A stretch of 37,089 nucleotides of DNA. Origin: Methanobacteriota archaeon (GTDB taxonomy: Archaea; JAADCQ01; Methanopyri; Methanopyrales; Methanopyraceae). The notes under the pieces were generated by a model. That model was given only the letters and a program-made list of their open reading frames with translations. It searched no databases and was not told where the DNA came from. Each line of letters opens with the position of its first letter. Positions within the stretch are counted from its first letter, which is position 1. A program made the translations under genes and the position numbers. The stretch lies in the NCBI GenBank assembly GCA_027064305.1, contig JAMOPY010000017.1:1-37089 (forward strand), given 5' to 3'. Below, piece after piece: positions 8,216 to 17,082 of the stretch.

Positions 8216-8983
8216 TTAGCGCCCCTCGACCCTCGAGGCGGCGCTAACCAGCTCCCGGACGCGGTCCACGTCGACCGGGTTCTCGGTTACCCCATCCCGT
8301 TTAAAGTAAGTTCCGACGATGAGGCCGGAGGCGCCGCGCTTCAGGAACTCCCCCACGTTGTCCGGCGTGACCCCGCTCCCCACCAGCACCCGGTCCACGA
8401 CTCGGGCCACCCGCTCCACCTCCTCCGGGTCCGGGGCGGCGCCCGTGGCGCTCCCCGTCACGATCACCGCGTCCGCCAGCCCGCGCTCGACGGCGTCCCG
8501 GGCCACGTCCTCGATGGGCCGGTCGTCCAGGGGTCGGCCGTGCTTGACCTTGACGTCCGCGTACACCTCCACGTCCAGGCCCAGGCGCTCCCGTTCTCGC
8601 TGCACCTCGTGCGCCACCGGTCGTAGGATCCCCTGGTCCGTCGCCACCGCCTCGACGTAGGCGTTGACGCGGATGAAGGAGGCGCCGGTCGCCGCGCAGA
8701 CGCTGAGCGCCGCCAGCGCGTCGTTGCGGAGCACGTTGACGCCCACCGGCACGCTCACGCTCTCGATCACCTCCGCGACCGCCCGGGTCATGCAGGCCAC
8801 GGTGACCTTCGGCACGTCGTCCGGGTAGTAAGGGGCGTCCCCGTAGTTCTCCACGAGCACGGCGTCGACGCCGCCCTCCTCCAGCCGGGAGGCGTCCCGG
8901 ACGGCCCGCTCGACGACCTCCTCGATGTCGCGCGCCCGGGGGGATCCGGGCAGCGGGGGCAGGTGCACCACGCCGATGATCAT
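8216..8983 (-). CDS. BtpA/SgcQ-family TIM-barrel protein
   Basis: MIIGVVHLPPLPGSP, ENYGDAPY, GVNVLRND, ADVKVKH, VTGSATG, GSGV; ATG at 8983. Confidence 0.92.
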   Translation of the reverse strand: MIIGVVHLPPLPGSPRARDIEEVVERAVRDASRLEEGGVDAVLVENYGDAPYYPDDVPKVTVACMTRAVAEVIESVSVPVGVNVLRNDALAALSVCAATGASFIRVNAYVEAVATDQGILRPVAHEVQRERERLGLDVEVYADVKVKHGRPLDDRPIEDVARDAVERGLADAVIVTGSATGAAPDPEEVERVARVVDRVLVGSGVTPDNVGEFLKRGASGLIVGTYFKRDGVTENPVDVDRVRELVSAASRVEGR

Positions 8984-10026
8984 CGGTCCCCGCCGCCCCG
9001 GGTGGCCTCGAGGAACGCGTCCACGAGCGCGGTCACGACGGAGGGGACCACGTGCTCGGTGGCGAAGGTCACGCCCGGGCAGAGGTCGAGCACATAGTCG
9101 CAGGCGCGGAGGACGCCGCGGGGGAGTCCCTTCCGGGATCCGGCCAGGACGACCACCTCGTCCCGCTCGGCGAGCTCCTCGCCCAGGTCCTCTCGCACGT
9201 GGGTGTAGGGCTCGCCCTTGGGGTCCGTGCCGATGAGCAGGGCGTCCCGCTTCAGGCGGACGAGTTGGTAAAGATCGTAGAGCAGCAGCTCGGTGCGCCG
9301 GAACTCCCGGCCGTAGGATTCGCGCTGCACCTCCATCCGGGACCGCACGCCGTCCCGTAGGCCTCGGAGGAAGTGGAAGAGTTCGACCGCGTTGACGGGC
9401 TCGTGGGGGGTGACGACGTAGGCCTTGAGTTCGAACCCCTGGACGGCCCGGCCGAGGCGCTCGCCCATGGAGTAGGCGGCCTTGGGGTCCCCCAGGTAGG
9501 GGATCTGGGCGAGGACGGTCTTGGCCAGGATGGGGTCGGCCTCGGGCTTCCAGGGGGGCAGCTTTTTCCACTCTTCCTCGCCGGGGAGGATGGAAACATA
9601 GGCCGTTTCTGAGATGATCTCCACCCAGACGAGCCTGTCCGGGTCGTCCAGGTCCACGCTCGCCCCGGTGGCCCGGCGGACGGCGTCCCCGGCGCGCTCG
9701 TTGACGTCCAGGCTGGTGAAGTCGTGGTCCCCGCGTCGGATGGTGCGGACCGCGAAGGTCTCGTCCTCGGAGATGCGGTCCCGGGCGAGCTCGGCGGCCA
9801 CCTCGGCGATCTCGTCCGGGTCGGCCCGGCACTCGCGCTCGATCGGGATGGCGCGCTCGACCTCGGGGATCCGCTCTAGGTCCTCCTTGGAGACGTCGCC
9901 TCGCACCAGGACGAGGCCGAGGTAGCCGTGGGGTCGGGGCTCCGTCTCGACGTCGCCCGCCTCCTCCTCGATCCGGCTGGCGGCGACGTTCTCCAGCTCG
10001 CGCTGGGTCTTCACGAGGAAGCGCAT
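8980..10026 (-). CDS. THUMP-domain + SPOUT-type RNA methyltransferase
   Basis: THUMP (ETFAVRTIRRG..FTS.DVNERAG...VDLDDPD) followed by a SPOUT knot (GSRKGLP...DLCPGVTFATEH). Confidence 0.85.
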   Translation of the reverse strand: MRFLVKTQRELENVAASRIEEEAGDVETEPRPHGYLGLVLVRGDVSKEDLERIPEVERAIPIERECRADPDEIAEVAAELARDRISEDETFAVRTIRRGDHDFTSLDVNERAGDAVRRATGASVDLDDPDRLVWVEIISETAYVSILPGEEEWKKLPPWKPEADPILAKTVLAQIPYLGDPKAAYSMGERLGRAVQGFELKAYVVTPHEPVNAVELFHFLRGLRDGVRSRMEVQRESYGREFRRTELLLYDLYQLVRLKRDALLIGTDPKGEPYTHVREDLGEELAERDEVVVLAGSRKGLPRGVLRACDYVLDLCPGVTFATEHVVPSVVTALVDAFLEATRGGGDR

Positions 10027-10065
10027 TCGGCCCGCGCCCGGGAGGGTTGGGTGCCGGGGCGGGGG

Positions 10066-10707
10066 TCAGTAGCTGGCCAGCTCGGGGTCGGCCCGGTCCC
10101 CGACGGCCTCGTGCGGGGCGAGGCCGGAGGGTTCCTCCAGGACCTCGGTCTTCCGGATCTCGGCCTGCCGGATGGGGTAGATCTTCCAGGCGGCCTCCTT
10201 GATCTGCTCGGGGATGCTCTGCTCCTCGCTGATCCCCAGGCACCGCTTGATGAACTCGTCGAAGTTGCACTCCTTGGCGTTCTCCTCGATCACGCGGAAC
10301 ATCTCCTTGCGGATGGCGCGCTGCTGGGAGGTCTTCGCCCGGCGGGTCGTGAAGGCCAGGCCGGCCACGCGGACGCGGTACCCGTCCTTGGTGACGACGT
10401 CGATCACGCCGTCGACCCGGCTCGTGCCGCGCCGCACCAGGCTCCGCACGTAGTCGCGCATGAGTCGGTGGCCCTCGAACTTGGAGTAGGCGGTCGTGCC
10501 CTCCACGTCGTAGATGCGGAAGAACACCTTGATGTGGTGCTTGGTGATGTCATCGAGCACGTCGCCGAGGGTGGTCTCCAGGACCCGGTTGATGACCTTC
10601 TTCGGGTCGTCCGCGGGCGTCTCACCGACCTCCACCCGGTCGAACATCTGCGGGGCCAGGATCGTGTACCACTTCTTCTGCCGCCACTTGTCCCGGACCA
10701 TCCTCAC
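10066..10707 (-). CDS. rps3ae: 30S ribosomal protein S3Ae (eS1)
   Basis: DKWRQKKWY..APQMF...DYVRSLVRR...TKDGY...KIYPIR. Confidence 0.97.
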   Translation of the reverse strand: MRMVRDKWRQKKWYTILAPQMFDRVEVGETPADDPKKVINRVLETTLGDVLDDITKHHIKVFFRIYDVEGTTAYSKFEGHRLMRDYVRSLVRRGTSRVDGVIDVVTKDGYRVRVAGLAFTTRRAKTSQQRAIRKEMFRVIEENAKECNFDEFIKRCLGISEEQSIPEQIKEAAWKIYPIRQAEIRKTEVLEEPSGLAPHEAVGDRADPELASY

Positions 10708-10733
10708 ACCCCTCGGCCGGCCGGGCGCCGCCG

Positions 10734-10742
10734 TTCAAAAAA
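10734..10742 (-). promoter_or_regulatory. T-tract/TATA-like element (TTTTTTGAA) between serS and rps3ae
   Basis: Isolated AT run 10 nt after the serS stop and about 30 nt before rps3ae. Confidence 0.45.
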
Positions 10743-10752
10743 GCCTCGGGAG

Positions 10753-12336
10753 CTAGCCCGGCCACGTCACCGTCTCCGGCACCTCGGGGAGCCCGCCGAA
10801 CCGCTCCTCGATCCTCCGCACGATCGGCTCCGGCCAATCCTCGGGATCGAACCCCCGCTGCGCCAGGAGCCCGACCGTCCAGCGGGTGAGCCCGAGCCCG
10901 GCGCACCCCGTGAACACGGTCCGGCCCGAGCGCTCCTTGATCCCGAACCCGTCCACGAAGTGCTCCCCGTGCACGTTGAACGAGCCCACCGACACCCACG
11001 CGTCCTCCTCGTCGCGGGACCCCTTGAACGGGAGGTACACCTCGAACTCGTACGTGGGCACGTCCGGCAGCTCGATGTCCCGATCCTCCAGGAGCCGGCC
11101 CTCCAGGTAGAAGGGATCGTCCGAGACCACGACCCGCCACTCCAGCCCCAGCTCGTCGGCCGCCCGCTTCGTCGCCTCCAGCAGCTCCTCCCGGATCCTC
11201 TCGGCGTCCTCCGGCTCCGCGATCCACACGTGCTCGATCCGCTGGAACTCGTTCACCCGCTCCAGCCCCTTCGCGGCCCCACCCTCCCACCGGTACGTCC
11301 AACCGCTGCAGTCGTAGAGCTTGATCGGCAGCTCGTCGGCGTCCACCACCTCCCCGCGGAGCAGCTCGTAGAAGGGCTCGCACTGGGCGGGCGCGAGCAC
11401 GTAGCCCGGGTCCCGGAGCTTCTCCCTCAGCGAGGACAGCGTCTTCTCGTTCAGCTCGTTCCACACGTAGAGCTCCCGCTTGAAGTCGTCGAACAGCTCG
11501 GGGTCCCGCTTGGGCGGGCAGACGTAGTACATCCCGTCCGGCAGCCCGTGCAGGTAGCGCATCCGGAACATGACCTCCAGCGGGATCAGCTTGGGGAACA
11601 GGGCCGGCTCGAAGCCCAGCCGGCGCGTCACGCGCTCCAGGAAGAAGTCCCGCAGCGCCTCCAGCAGCGCGGCCATCGGCGGCGTGTAAATCCACTGACC
11701 ACGTCCGGGGAACTCCTTGACCCACCCCCTCCTCAGGGCCTCCTCCGTCACGTCCCCCTCAAACCGCACCTCCACCGGACCGCTCTCGTCCACCACCGTG
11801 CCCGGCTCCAGCTTCGTCACCCGCTCCGCCAGCTCCCGACCACCCTCCTCCACCGCCCACCGCACGAGCCGGATCACCCGATCCACCACGTGCCTCCGCA
11901 GCAGCTCCTCGCTCAGATCCCGGAACTCCAGCTCGACCGCGTTCCCCTCCACGCGCACCTCGTCCGCCACCGGGACGTACCCCAGGTCCTCCGGCACCTC
12001 CCCCTCGAACTCCATGCGAACCCGGTACCGCTCCACGCGCAGGCCCCGAACCCCGACCCGGTGCTCCCGACCCAGCGTCTCCGCCAGCCGCTTCCGAACC
12101 CGCAGGGCGGCCTCGTGCGGGCGCAGGTACCGGGTCCCGCGGATCACCATCCGAACCTCGTCCGGAGAGACCTCCCACTCCAGGATCTCGCCGCCCTCCT
12201 CGCCCTCGGGCACGCCCCGACGGAGGAGGTCCTCGTTGGCCTCGCGCACGAACGCCTCCACGGTCCCCTCGATCTCGCCCGGGTCCACCTCGCGGGAGAG
12301 CGTGAACGTTACCTCCGCCTCCATCTCCAGCAGCAT
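10753..12336 (-). CDS. serS: Seryl-tRNA synthetase, methanogen (type 2) form
   Basis: LRPHEAALR N-domain, WVKEFPGRGQW, APAQCEPFY, RWEGG, RVNEFQRIE, TGCAGLGLTRW (Zn ligands C/E/C); ATG at 12336. Confidence 0.96.
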   Translation of the reverse strand: MLLEMEAEVTFTLSREVDPGEIEGTVEAFVREANEDLLRRGVPEGEEGGEILEWEVSPDEVRMVIRGTRYLRPHEAALRVRKRLAETLGREHRVGVRGLRVERYRVRMEFEGEVPEDLGYVPVADEVRVEGNAVELEFRDLSEELLRRHVVDRVIRLVRWAVEEGGRELAERVTKLEPGTVVDESGPVEVRFEGDVTEEALRRGWVKEFPGRGQWIYTPPMAALLEALRDFFLERVTRRLGFEPALFPKLIPLEVMFRMRYLHGLPDGMYYVCPPKRDPELFDDFKRELYVWNELNEKTLSSLREKLRDPGYVLAPAQCEPFYELLRGEVVDADELPIKLYDCSGWTYRWEGGAAKGLERVNEFQRIEHVWIAEPEDAERIREELLEATKRAADELGLEWRVVVSDDPFYLEGRLLEDRDIELPDVPTYEFEVYLPFKGSRDEEDAWVSVGSFNVHGEHFVDGFGIKERSGRTVFTGCAGLGLTRWTVGLLAQRGFDPEDWPEPIVRRIEERFGGLPEVPETVTWPG

Positions 12337-12341
12337 CGCCC

Positions 12342-13202
12342 TCACCCGCCCGGCGGGTGGCACGTGAGCGCGATCCGGCCCAGGCCGGCCGTGTTCATCT
12401 TGCCGACCCCGTACGCCGCGGCGAAGGATAAAACCTCGCCCGCGCGGGCCGGCGGGTCCGGGGGCAGCTCGTACACGAACGTCCCGACCACCGCCCGGAA
12501 CTCCTGCCGACCGATCCGGGAGGAGCGGCGGCGGAGCGTCCGCAGCCGGTAGCTCATGCTCACGGTGCGCGCGTCCTCCGACCACCGGATCAGCTCCCGG
12601 GCCTCCTCCCGGGTCAGCCCTTCCTCCCCGAACCGTCGGCGGAGCATCGTGAGCCGGCGGGCCGCGTTCCTAACGATCATGTGGAACCGGGGCACGCGCG
12701 CCCTACCCTCGTGCACGAGGTAGGTCGGAGTGAGCGTGGACACGACGATCAGGTCGCCCTCGGGCTCCAGCGGGCTGAGGCGGCGGGGCGGCACGAACCG
12801 GTACCGCTCCCCGTCGAACACGGTCTCGCCGGACCCGACGTCCTCGACCCGGGCGAGCCGGAACCGCGCGGCCCCGAGCCTTAGCCTCCGCTCGGCGAGG
12901 GGGAGCACGAGCTCCGCGTCCGCCTCCGCCGCGTCCTCGAACAGGTGAAGGTGAAAGTGGAGCCGGTCCCCCTCGCGCGCGAACTCGCTCCGGTCCAGCG
13001 GCGGGGTCAGGGTGACCCCGGAGGGGAACGGGGTGCCGTCCGGGCCGCCGTAGAGGTACCGCTCGATCGCCTCCGGGTTCGCCTCCCGGAGCCGGCTCAG
13101 GAGCATCCCTCGCACGGAGAAGCCCTTGAACTCGGGTAGGGGGCCCGGTTCCACGCACTCGAGGGTGACCCGGAGGCACTTGTAGCGGAGGTTCATCCTC
13201 AC
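12342..13202 (-). CDS. cas6: CRISPR-associated endoribonuclease Cas6 (RAMP), stand-alone
   Basis: N-terminal P.FKGFSVRG, central TLTPT, C-terminal Gly loop GVGKMNTAGLG (GxGxxxxxGxG); 286 aa. Confidence 0.85.
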   Translation of the reverse strand: MRMNLRYKCLRVTLECVEPGPLPEFKGFSVRGMLLSRLREANPEAIERYLYGGPDGTPFPSGVTLTPPLDRSEFAREGDRLHFHLHLFEDAAEADAELVLPLAERRLRLGAARFRLARVEDVGSGETVFDGERYRFVPPRRLSPLEPEGDLIVVSTLTPTYLVHEGRARVPRFHMIVRNAARRLTMLRRRFGEEGLTREEARELIRWSEDARTVSMSYRLRTLRRRSSRIGRQEFRAVVGTFVYELPPDPPARAGEVLSFAAAYGVGKMNTAGLGRIALTCHPPGG

Positions 13203-14218
13203 CCGCGTCCCCAGGGCACCGGGGCCTCGTCCACCCGGTACCGCTGCCTCACCGTGGCCCGTTTCGGGATCTCCTCGGGCGGGATGGAGTGGCCGTGCCG
13301 GTGCAGCAGGAGGCCCGTCCAGGCGATCATGGCCCCGTTGTCGCCGGCGAGGTCCGGGGGCACCGTGTGGGCCTCGGCGCCGCGCTCCTCGGCCATGGTG
13401 TGGATCATCTCGGAGAGGCGCCGGTTGGCGGCCACGCCCCCCGTGAGCAGGATCTCGTCGGCGCCGAGCTGGGCGGCGGCGCGCTCGGTCACCTCGACGA
13501 GCATGGAGAACGCCGTCTCCTGGAGCCCGGCGCAGACGTCCTCGAGCCGGGCGCCCTCCTCGTGCGCGCGCAGGGCGGCGGTGAGGAGGCCGGAGAAGGA
13601 GACGTCGGTCCCGCGCACGGTGTACGGGAGCTCGATTGGGTCGCCCTTTCTCGCGAGCCGCTCGATCTCGGGGCCTCCGGGGTGGGGAAGGCCGACCTCG
13701 CGGGCGAAGGTGTCGAGCATGTTGCCCACGGGCAGGTCCAGGGTCTCGCCGAAGACGCGGTACCGCCCGGCCTTGAGGGCGAGGACCTGCGTGTTACCGC
13801 CGGAGACGTAGAGGGTGACGGGATTGTCGAACTCGAGGCCCTCATTCCGGGCGGTGAGGCGCCCGATCTCGACGTGGGCGACGCAGTGGTTCACGGGGGC
13901 CAGCGGCACCTCCAGGGCCAGGGCGAGGGTGCGGGCCGCGGTGGCCCCGACCCGGAGGCAGGGGCCCAGTCCCGGGCCCTTGGAGTAGGCGACCAGGTCG
14001 ATCTCCTCGGGGTCGATCCCGGCCCGGTCCAGGGCCCGCTCCAGCAGCCCTGGGAGCTCCCGGGAGTGGTGCTCCGCGGCCTCCCGGGGCAGGATGCCGG
14101 ACCCGGGGGGCGGGGTGTACTGGGCCCGCTCGTTCGCGAGGATCTCGCCCTCGGAGGTCGCGACGCCCACGCCGAGCTTCTCGGCCGTAGACTCTATACC
14201 GATACAGATCTCCACCAT
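13199..14218 (-). CDS. kae1: KEOPS t6A threonylcarbamoyltransferase Kae1
   Basis: GIESTAE, PREAAEHH, GPGLGPCL, VNHCVAHVE, VSGGNTQ, GGVAAN, DNGAMIA; ATG at 14218. Confidence 0.97.
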   Translation of the reverse strand: MVEICIGIESTAEKLGVGVATSEGEILANERAQYTPPPGSGILPREAAEHHSRELPGLLERALDRAGIDPEEIDLVAYSKGPGLGPCLRVGATAARTLALALEVPLAPVNHCVAHVEIGRLTARNEGLEFDNPVTLYVSGGNTQVLALKAGRYRVFGETLDLPVGNMLDTFAREVGLPHPGGPEIERLARKGDPIELPYTVRGTDVSFSGLLTAALRAHEEGARLEDVCAGLQETAFSMLVEVTERAAAQLGADEILLTGGVAANRRLSEMIHTMAEERGAEAHTVPPDLAGDNGAMIAWTGLLLHRHGHSIPPEEIPKRATVRQRYRVDEAPVPWGRG

Positions 14219-14249
14219 GCCCGGAGCCGGCCCCCGGCGGGGAGTGCGC

Positions 14250-15116
14250 ATGGTCGGTTTTAAGGCGTCCCTGTTCCGGCGCGACTGCGCGCGGGTTTTT
14301 GAGGAGCTGGGCTATCACGTCGAGCCGGTCGGGGAGGAGCACCGGCTCGACTTCGTCGCGTACGACGAGGAGGGCGCGCTCGCGGTCCTGTGCGTCGGAG
14401 GGCGGGAGGACCTGGCCAGGTTCTCGCCGCTGGGCGAGTGGGAGGAGGGGCTGGCGGAGGTGGCCAGGGACGCGGAGGCGCTCGGGGTGCCGGCCCTGAT
14501 CGTGCTGCCGGGCGAGCCGGATGGGGAGCTGCTCTCCGTCGTGTCGTTCTGCGAGCACTACGGGCTCGGGGTGACCGTCTCGGAGTGGGAGGCGCTGCCC
14601 CTGGAGCTCGTGGAGGATCCGACGCGGGTGCGGTGGCGGTCCGCCACCGAGCTGCTCTTCGAGGTCGAGCTGGGGACCGTGCCGGAGTGGCCGGAGGTGG
14701 AGCCGGCGGAGCGGCTGCTGACGGGTAAGCGGGAGGTGAGCGTGGGGGACGTGGTGCGGATCGTGAAGCGCGAGGTCAGCCTGGACTGGAAGGACCTGGT
14801 GCTGCGTCTACGGTGGGAGGGGTACTCGGGTGAGGGGCTGTCCGAGGTCCTCCTCGCGGTGACCGCGAGCGAGGAGGTGGAGGTGACGGACGACGGGGAG
14901 TTCCTGCACGTGCCGGAGCGGCTGTCGGAGGTGCTGGGGGCCCTGCTGGTCTGGCTGCAGAACCGGGAGAAGGTGCCGGAAGACGAGGTGTACGAGTTCC
15001 TGTTCGCGCAGTTCGGGGTGCCGTACGACGTGACCTACATCGCGCTCAAGAAGCTGGAGGAGGAGGGGGAGATCGAGGTCCGGGAGGGGGTGGTTAAGGC
15101 CCGGGGTCAGACGTAG
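14250..15116 (+). CDS. Hypothetical acidic protein: N-terminal restriction-endonuclease-like fold, C-terminal winged-helix-like region
   Basis: FEELGYHV...LDFVAY...LAVLC pattern; C-terminal YIALKKLEEEGEIEVREGVV; host-like codon usage; ATG at 14250. Confidence 0.7.
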   Translation: MVGFKASLFRRDCARVFEELGYHVEPVGEEHRLDFVAYDEEGALAVLCVGGREDLARFSPLGEWEEGLAEVARDAEALGVPALIVLPGEPDGELLSVVSFCEHYGLGVTVSEWEALPLELVEDPTRVRWRSATELLFEVELGTVPEWPEVEPAERLLTGKREVSVGDVVRIVKREVSLDWKDLVLRLRWEGYSGEGLSEVLLAVTASEEVEVTDDGEFLHVPERLSEVLGALLVWLQNREKVPEDEVYEFLFAQFGVPYDVTYIALKKLEEEGEIEVREGVVKARGQT

Positions 15117-15775
15117 CGGACGCGACCCTTCACGTCCTCCAGCCGCTCCAGCACCGTGTCGGTGGCCTCCTCACCGCGCTCCTCCCGGTACCCGCGGAGG
15201 AACGCCTCCCACGCCTCCTCCCTCACGTCCGGGTGCGTGCTCTCCAGGCAGCGCTCGAACACGCGCAGGTCGATCGCGTGGTCCTCGGGGTCGGTGGTGT
15301 CCTCACTGAGGCCCAGGTCGATGACGTGCGGTCGCCCGTCGACGATCAGGACGTTGGACGTGGTGAGGTCGTAGTGCACGAACCCACGCTCGTGCATGCG
15401 GCCGACCAGTCGGCCCAGCTCCTCGAACAGGCGCGGGCGGAAGTTCCGTTCGGTCAGTTCGCGGAGGGTCTCGCCGGGCAGGTGTTCCATCACGATCAGG
15501 CAGCGCTCCAGGTCGACCTCGTACAGGGCGGGGGTGGGGACGCCCCATTCGGGTAGGCGCGTTAGGGCGCGGGCCTCGCGGCGCGTGCGCGCGCGTCGGA
15601 GCCGCTCGTCCAGCCGCGGGTGGCGGTAGGATTTGGGGAGGCGGATCTTGTAGACGGCGGGGAGGCCCAGCCAGTCGTGCTTAATCAGCAGGGACTCGGC
15701 GCCCAGCGCGAGGATCTCGCCCCGGTCCAGCAGGGGGCGTAGCTCGCTCGGGATGAGGTCCCGTGGGGGTTTCAA
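15107..15775 (-). CDS. bud32: KEOPS kinase/ATPase Bud32
   Basis: GAES, KIRLPKSYRHPRLD, RTRREAR, HYDLTTSN, IDLGL, C-terminal RY. Confidence 0.95.
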   Translation of the reverse strand: MKPPRDLIPSELRPLLDRGEILALGAESLLIKHDWLGLPAVYKIRLPKSYRHPRLDERLRRARTRREARALTRLPEWGVPTPALYEVDLERCLIVMEHLPGETLRELTERNFRPRLFEELGRLVGRMHERGFVHYDLTTSNVLIVDGRPHVIDLGLSEDTTDPEDHAIDLRVFERCLESTHPDVREEAWEAFLRGYREERGEEATDTVLERLEDVKGRVRYV

Positions 15776-15799
15776 CGGGCCCTCCCTGGGTGGCGTCGT

Positions 15800-15994
15800 T
15801 CACTTCTTTTTCTTGGACTCCGGCTGCTTCTTAAACTCGGTGTAGCCGCACTTGCCGCACGCGTACCGGTTGCCGTGGTCCGCCATGAAGACGCCGGGTC
15901 CGCACCGGGGGCAGAAGGGGTTCTTCCGCTCGACCTTCCCGTCCTTGACCTCGTACAGCCGGGCTCGGCGCGGGATGCCCACGCTCCGGTCCAC
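15800..15994 (-). CDS. rps27ae: 30S ribosomal protein S27ae (eS31)
   Basis: [21 protein letters not shown]. Confidence 0.97.
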   Translation of the reverse strand: MDRSVGIPRRARLYEVKDGKVERKNPFCPRCGPGVFMADHGNRYACGKCGYTEFKKQPESKKKK

Positions 15995-16003
15995 CCCCTA
16001 ACC

Positions 16004-16363
16004 CTACTCCTCCTGTTCCTCCTCCTTCTCCTCGGACTCTTCCTCCTCGCCCTCCTCCTCGGACTCCTCCTCCAGCTCCTCCAGGGTCCTTTTATGCCTC
16101 TCGATGAGGTGGTCGGGCTCGATGTCCTCCAGGTCCTCGTAGCTGCGGTAGACCTTCGCGTACCCTCGGGTCTCCCGCTTGCCGAACTCCGACTCCATCC
16201 GGTGGATCAGGACGACCTCCTTGTCCACGTCCAGCATCGCCGCGAGCTTCCTGAGGACCTCGGAGCGCCGCGGGGTGCCGCCGTCCTCGTGGCGGACCAC
16301 GAAGTGGACCTCCTTCCGGAACAGGAGGGGGTTGTCTCGCTCCTCTACAATCTCGATCTCCAC
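16004..16363 (-). CDS. rps24e: 30S ribosomal protein S24e (eS24)
   Basis: NPLLFRKEV...TPRR...FG...GYAKVY; acidic tail. Confidence 0.96.
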   Translation of the reverse strand: MEIEIVEERDNPLLFRKEVHFVVRHEDGGTPRRSEVLRKLAAMLDVDKEVVLIHRMESEFGKRETRGYAKVYRSYEDLEDIEPDHLIERHKRTLEELEEESEEEGEEEESEEKEEEQEE

Positions 16364-16887
16364 GCCTCGGACCCCCGGAACCTTCTGAGCAGGCGGAGCG
16401 CCCGGGATCGCGCTCGCGGGGTCACGGGGACGGCGACCATGCCCTCGCCCGGCAGCCCGTAGCAGACTATCGAGTTTTCGGGAGCGAGGGCCAGCGCCGG
16501 GAGGGCGAGCAGGTCCTCCTCGCCGACGATCCGGAGCAGGGTGGGGTCCCCGTGCAGGGCGTGGTCCAGGGCCCGTTCGAGGGCGTCCCAGGCTTGAGGG
16601 GTGATGGTGCCGGGTGGGTTGCGGGCCTCCAGGGTGATGGGGAACCGGTCGGCGCTGCGGGCGGGCACGGTCCTCATGACCCTGCCGTCCACGACCGCGA
16701 CGTTGGGTCGGGCGCCCGCCCGGAGGAAGGAGCGGGTGGTCACGTCGCCCACGGTGATCAGGAGCTCGGCGCGGGATTTGAGTTTCCGGTACGTTGATTC
16801 GGAGGGAGAGGGGTAGAGGATCCCCCAGGGCCTGCGGAGCTCGGGTCGCAGTTCCCGGGGGAGAACGAGGGGTCTCACGGGCGTCAC
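16345..16887 (-). CDS. GTP-dependent dephospho-CoA kinase (DUF359)
   Basis: TVGDVTT, VVDG, NPPGTIT, GEEDLLALP, YGLPGEG; conserved position between spt4 and rps24e; start at 16887 or 16878. Confidence 0.9.
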   Translation of the reverse strand: MTPVRPLVLPRELRPELRRPWGILYPSPSESTYRKLKSRAELLITVGDVTTRSFLRAGARPNVAVVDGRVMRTVPARSADRFPITLEARNPPGTITPQAWDALERALDHALHGDPTLLRIVGEEDLLALPALALAPENSIVCYGLPGEGMVAVPVTPRARSRALRLLRRFRGSEAWRSRL

Positions 16888-17078
16888 TCCTCGAGGCGTA
16901 GGGCGTACTTGCCCGGGATCTTGGCGTCCAGCTTCTTCGCGGTCTTGGAGTCGGTGTCGAGGACGATGGCGAGCCCCTTCCAGTCCTCGGTGAACTCGTC
17001 TCCGTGGCACGCGGGGCAGATCTCGGTGTCCTCGTCGACCAGGTAGCCGCACCGGAGGCAGGCCTTGAGCTTGCTCAT
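16884..17078 (-). CDS. spt4: Transcription elongation factor Spt4 (RpoE2)
   Basis: KACLRC...CPAC...W.G...PGKYA. Confidence 0.95.
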   Translation of the reverse strand: MSKLKACLRCGYLVDEDTEICPACHGDEFTEDWKGLAIVLDTDSKTAKKLDAKIPGKYALRLEE

Positions 17079-17082
17079 CGTC

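Noticed and set aside
10708-15799. CRISPR array near cas6
   Set aside because: No regularly spaced 25-40-nt repeats here or anywhere in the window; the intergenic gaps are too short.
16004-16085. Low-complexity GAG/GAA tract
   Set aside because: Encodes the Glu-rich tail of eS24, typical of the acidic Methanopyrus proteome.
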